From the IMG/VR virus record IMGVR_UViG_3300033076_001064, positions 1 to 25,925 of that record: a DNA stretch of 25,925 nt; one strand, 5' to 3'. Under the pieces are notes generated by a model. The model was given only the letters and a program-made list of their open reading frames with translations, was not told the DNA's origin and did not search any database. Source of the DNA: a virus (Duplodnaviria; Caudoviricetes). Positions 25,901 to 25,925 of this stretch are shown piece by piece. Position 1 is the first letter of the stretch; the number at the start of each line of letters is the position of its first letter. A program made the position numbers and the translations under genes.

Positions 25901-25925
25901 CGATTTCTTGGCTTCCTGCTTCAGC
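16943..25925 (-). CDS. Giant DarB-like polyvalent protein (C5-MTase-like + N6-adenine MTase + SNF2-type helicase); 5' end beyond window
   Basis: The frame is open from 25924 (>2990 aa). Motifs: VLSLFD/CPC/ENP (about 24.57-23.97 kb), EPSVGVG and GNPPF (about 21.75-21.53 kb), GAGKT (about 19.67 kb), DEAH (about 19.19 kb) and PWRPSDLEQREGRIIRQGN (about 18.0 kb). Confidence 0.9.
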   Translation of the reverse strand, partial: LKQEAKKSDETARYNAGEWIDVEFHSSPSVADQTAAALAKNDPENEYRVSVGQDDGWQIKKRKKRDEVLQPAPTGDASEEGAGSAQPTQAASMLPKSVSGTSPNPKALERIAAGRAWFNDGVKAKDFIAKNGLNDTHEAVKGKGGRWDIVAKAASAQSSEVSNVTDQRTSGQPAGTEEMGASAGQGQTAAAVQPDAEKEVAEDSALSNLVTSLRNYGAQQSQIDQAVAEYKAGDPTLIKDLIRILRPQEKQDAPGTRINGAAERAAADRLEKLYEQMQKSDSRKLHSRGEPETSAVAIVRDAITELRKPKTVTSVAEVLETAAQRLDKNFGPMADVVREVVESLQGQAAASQPSTLPNATAPEHVQTDEMRGVSVSELKQIAAAFRQRIDSGADAGVTHVFDAPKKNEIVRLQDKVRVYVADKGWMTQAEAKAEIATWKKNAEKQGKTTANSNKVVLSLFDLSGEWSKPWEEAGYQVYRFDIQADPDLGDVTKFSTEFFGDWFGDFDGQDVYAILAACPCTDFAVSGARHFKAKDEDGRTVSSVQLVKKTLAAIEYFKPAVWALENPVGRIEDLTGLPPWRLSFDPNHIGDNYTKKTLIWGRFNGDLPIAPVEPTEGSMMHKKYGGKSMATKNARSVTPEGFAYGFFEANNAIDNPVLAVAGKYDRLDRGLIQKALDSGVTPEQIDSAVEDFYYMDLDDEAANQAIRDLIKPDGGKDSNAPAQSDGVDRNSDAFQMGLAHAIRGSRMEPPGSVIRSKKDKAAYEAGWLEGRRQEDEASASDTRVDVEHSGYVIQPTRTNGKETWEIKGRTYADGIENSGTFNSLDAAKKEVDRVVANEKRDTAVASEPSAGQGSGIVDFMQAIRAAREQLPPGYDIQAERDSVYLTENGTRAVNGLGRNQAGLDEAVRQAKLRAAQNTPPADLFANNKIFTADAVEKARARMRSKLSQLNSGIDPEMVMDGMTIAGAYIEAGVRSFADYAKVMTDDFGPKIKPYLLSFYEAARNYPGMDTEGMTPVADTKAAFDALNAPEDTETSKLDELKALRTSLQDELENQGRVKNASTRQKLDQVNTAIAELEHPEILKAVGGNYRLANNVALALRMSDDKKDPAAAIARALKELVEPYRTNMLNAVLRAIGKESTFSPTGTDNEGTTNEPQKLDQPGSGELEGAQSEAVQGTEQDGQAGRSPEGRSGTDVSGDQRTGSGRVQRAGSVGDDAGEVSTLAARRNARRGGKPRGEAVSGGAGASEQNPSGGKQLDLIPADGTRAQDRADDFIITDEDAIGEGGAKTKFKQNVAAIRLLKQLQAENRNATRDEQAVLAKYVGWGGLPQAFYRDNNEVSKGWDKEAAELKALLTPEELAAAATSTRNAHYTSTEIVSAVWDALKHFGFQGGRVLEPSVGVGNFFGLMPSALRHASQLTGVELDHITGGIAKQLYPQANIQAPVGFQDLSSPDNYFDLAIGNPPFGREGIYDPNRKKISGFSIHNYFFAKSLDTVKPNGVLAMVVTNRLLDSAGDKARAYMAERADFLGAIRLPNNAFAKNAGTEVTTDIIFMRKRAEGEASNGQPWMDVKQFTDKAGKTVPLNEYFIRNPDMMLGEFGAYGSMYSPDDPALVARDGQDTPALLREAVAHLPRNFMDAPTAEPTRETVEPLNDVSHVKIGSVFEQGGEIFERREDVLGKQQAMPVTFPNEKAKERVSGMIKVRDALVAVRGLQLTDGVNDKALANARAGLNAAYDAFVKENGPINGDANKRLMRDDPTWPQLAALENDFDKGISAAVAKKTGEKARAASASKAAIFFKRTQSPYKPPEKANSAKDALVTSLSERGRVDLDYMSSLYGKTPDVIAQELDGLIYEDVPGSYVTREEYLSGNVKKKLAQALELAAKQPRFEKNAEALRAVQPADIEAIDIDVKTGAHWVPVSDMEDFIRHITEGGTVKAIYNPITASWTLSADRIPASVSTQWGTDRTPVMKIMEAAANQKQIAVYDEHQDGTRTLNEAATTAANEKVTRIKAEWKNWLWSDDDRRVRLARIYNDTFNTDVQRDYDGSHLTFPGKVGNDIIQLRPHQANAVWRMVQSGTTLLDHVVGAGKTFTMIAGIMEMRRMGLAKKPMLVVPNHLVGQWAEDFMRLYPGANILAATKKDFEKENRKRLFARIATGDWDAVIVAHSSFGKVEVDPEFQEAFIRQQISDMDTSIAAMRAAEGKNSRNVKQIEKQKTALEEKLKRLFDTGAKDDNLYFSELGVDGVFLDEAHEFKNLGFSTGMQRVAGLGNPAGSNKASDMFMKTQSVLKRTNGRNVVFATGTPISNTMAEMYTMQRYLDYPTLKAQGIAHFDAWAKTFGEVVTDWELSPSGQYKMNSRFAKFVNMPELMQRYQSFGDVINRDDINRQLAAQGKKLPVPKVATGKPENIVVPRSNDQAEYIGVPMTNDNGQEVYPEGSLIWRSEHLPKKAEKGADNMLKIMSDARKAALDMRLIDPSYPDNPDSKVNVAAENIKGIYDQWSKDRGTQLVFIDLSTPKGAAGKERAALQALVDAAAQGDEAAQEKLDAMSPDELLALDAKFSVYDDLKAKLIALGIPESEIAFIHDANTELQKEELFGKVRSGRIRVLFGSTAKMGAGMNVQERLVALHHLDAPWRPSDLEQREGRIIRQGNKLYEADPEGFEVRIMRYATKQTLDSRMWQTIEAKARFIEQVRKGAGNEREIEDIAGEAANSAEMKAASSGNPLILEEMSLRQAIRKLENAQSEHNREQYRIKDRMRALEAQAERFDREAKVMESDAPKAPKEFAVTIAGTTYEKHGEAGEAILKAVDAMLKAGDDHREIGTFGGFKLSLDDVSRGILKKAVLTVEGNGAYQTDAEPGSSATGLALRLQNTVKSLAEQAQRSRSQAETNRNDIPKLEAQVKPWGQEAELADAKARHVEIIDQLRPKKKDQPTPEEPAASRSGLELIFYALENHGGKRSRMLDALSNMAEGERIAYIDKKFFDILEELDDKGLVDIKC
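22156..22467 (-). CDS. Nested out-of-frame gene inside the DarB-like gene (103 aa, helical, possibly TnpV-like)
   Basis: AAGGA RBS before ATG 22467. The sequence is protein-like (MNLKNWISLARESWKEHNPRLFKELNRTGKL...), while the host frame here is a low-complexity G/S/Q/E linker. Confidence 0.65.
   Translation of the reverse strand: MNLKNWISLARESWKEHNPRLFKELNRTGKLGEALKDAAERTYLEISELEAAGYSAQEAWEMTREKYLLLPPEETPDEVESPGVKLYQEALALQNRILQAENS

Larger units (their letters stand above)
1..25925. mobile_element. Temperate phage genome segment, dusA-integrating, likely podovirus-like
   Basis: Recombination module, integrase/attP, lysis cassette and DarB/LPD38-like giant proteins. No host housekeeping genes are present. 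Confidence 0.9.

Noticed and set aside
1-25925. CRISPR array, tRNA, rRNA, IS/transposase, reverse transcriptase/DGR or retron
   Set aside because: No regularly spaced repeats, cloverleaf-like sequence, or RT/transposase motifs were seen by eye. The intergenic gaps are short and largely explained.

Overview
The window is about 26 kb of a temperate dsDNA phage genome, high-GC overall and probably infecting a Proteobacterium. It appears to be in its excised (attP) state, because phage genes flank the attachment region on both sides. Left part (+ strand, 1-7.6 kb): YqaJ-type exonuclease, Bet/RecT annealase, a HTH protein, many small coupled ORFs, a standalone NrdR-like Zn ribbon, MazG-like, PhoH-like and DUF6378-like genes. 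Middle (7.1-11.2 kb): two diverged copies of a module made of a 19-bp palindrome, a PrtN-family gene and an att site carrying a dusA-like 5' end. The two att copies align without gaps exactly 2132 bp apart and bracket a reverse-strand cassette with a DNA methyltransferase. They are followed by one DusA-associated-type tyrosine integrase. Right part (- strand): a lysis cassette (holin candidates, signal-peptide endolysin, Rz with nested Rz1), an LPD38-like large protein, a ferritin coupled between two giant genes, and a >2990-aa DarB-like protein (C5-MTase + N6-MTase + SNF2 helicase) running off the window. That giant gene appears to contain an overprinted 103-aa gene. All family calls come from motif recognition by eye, not database searches.
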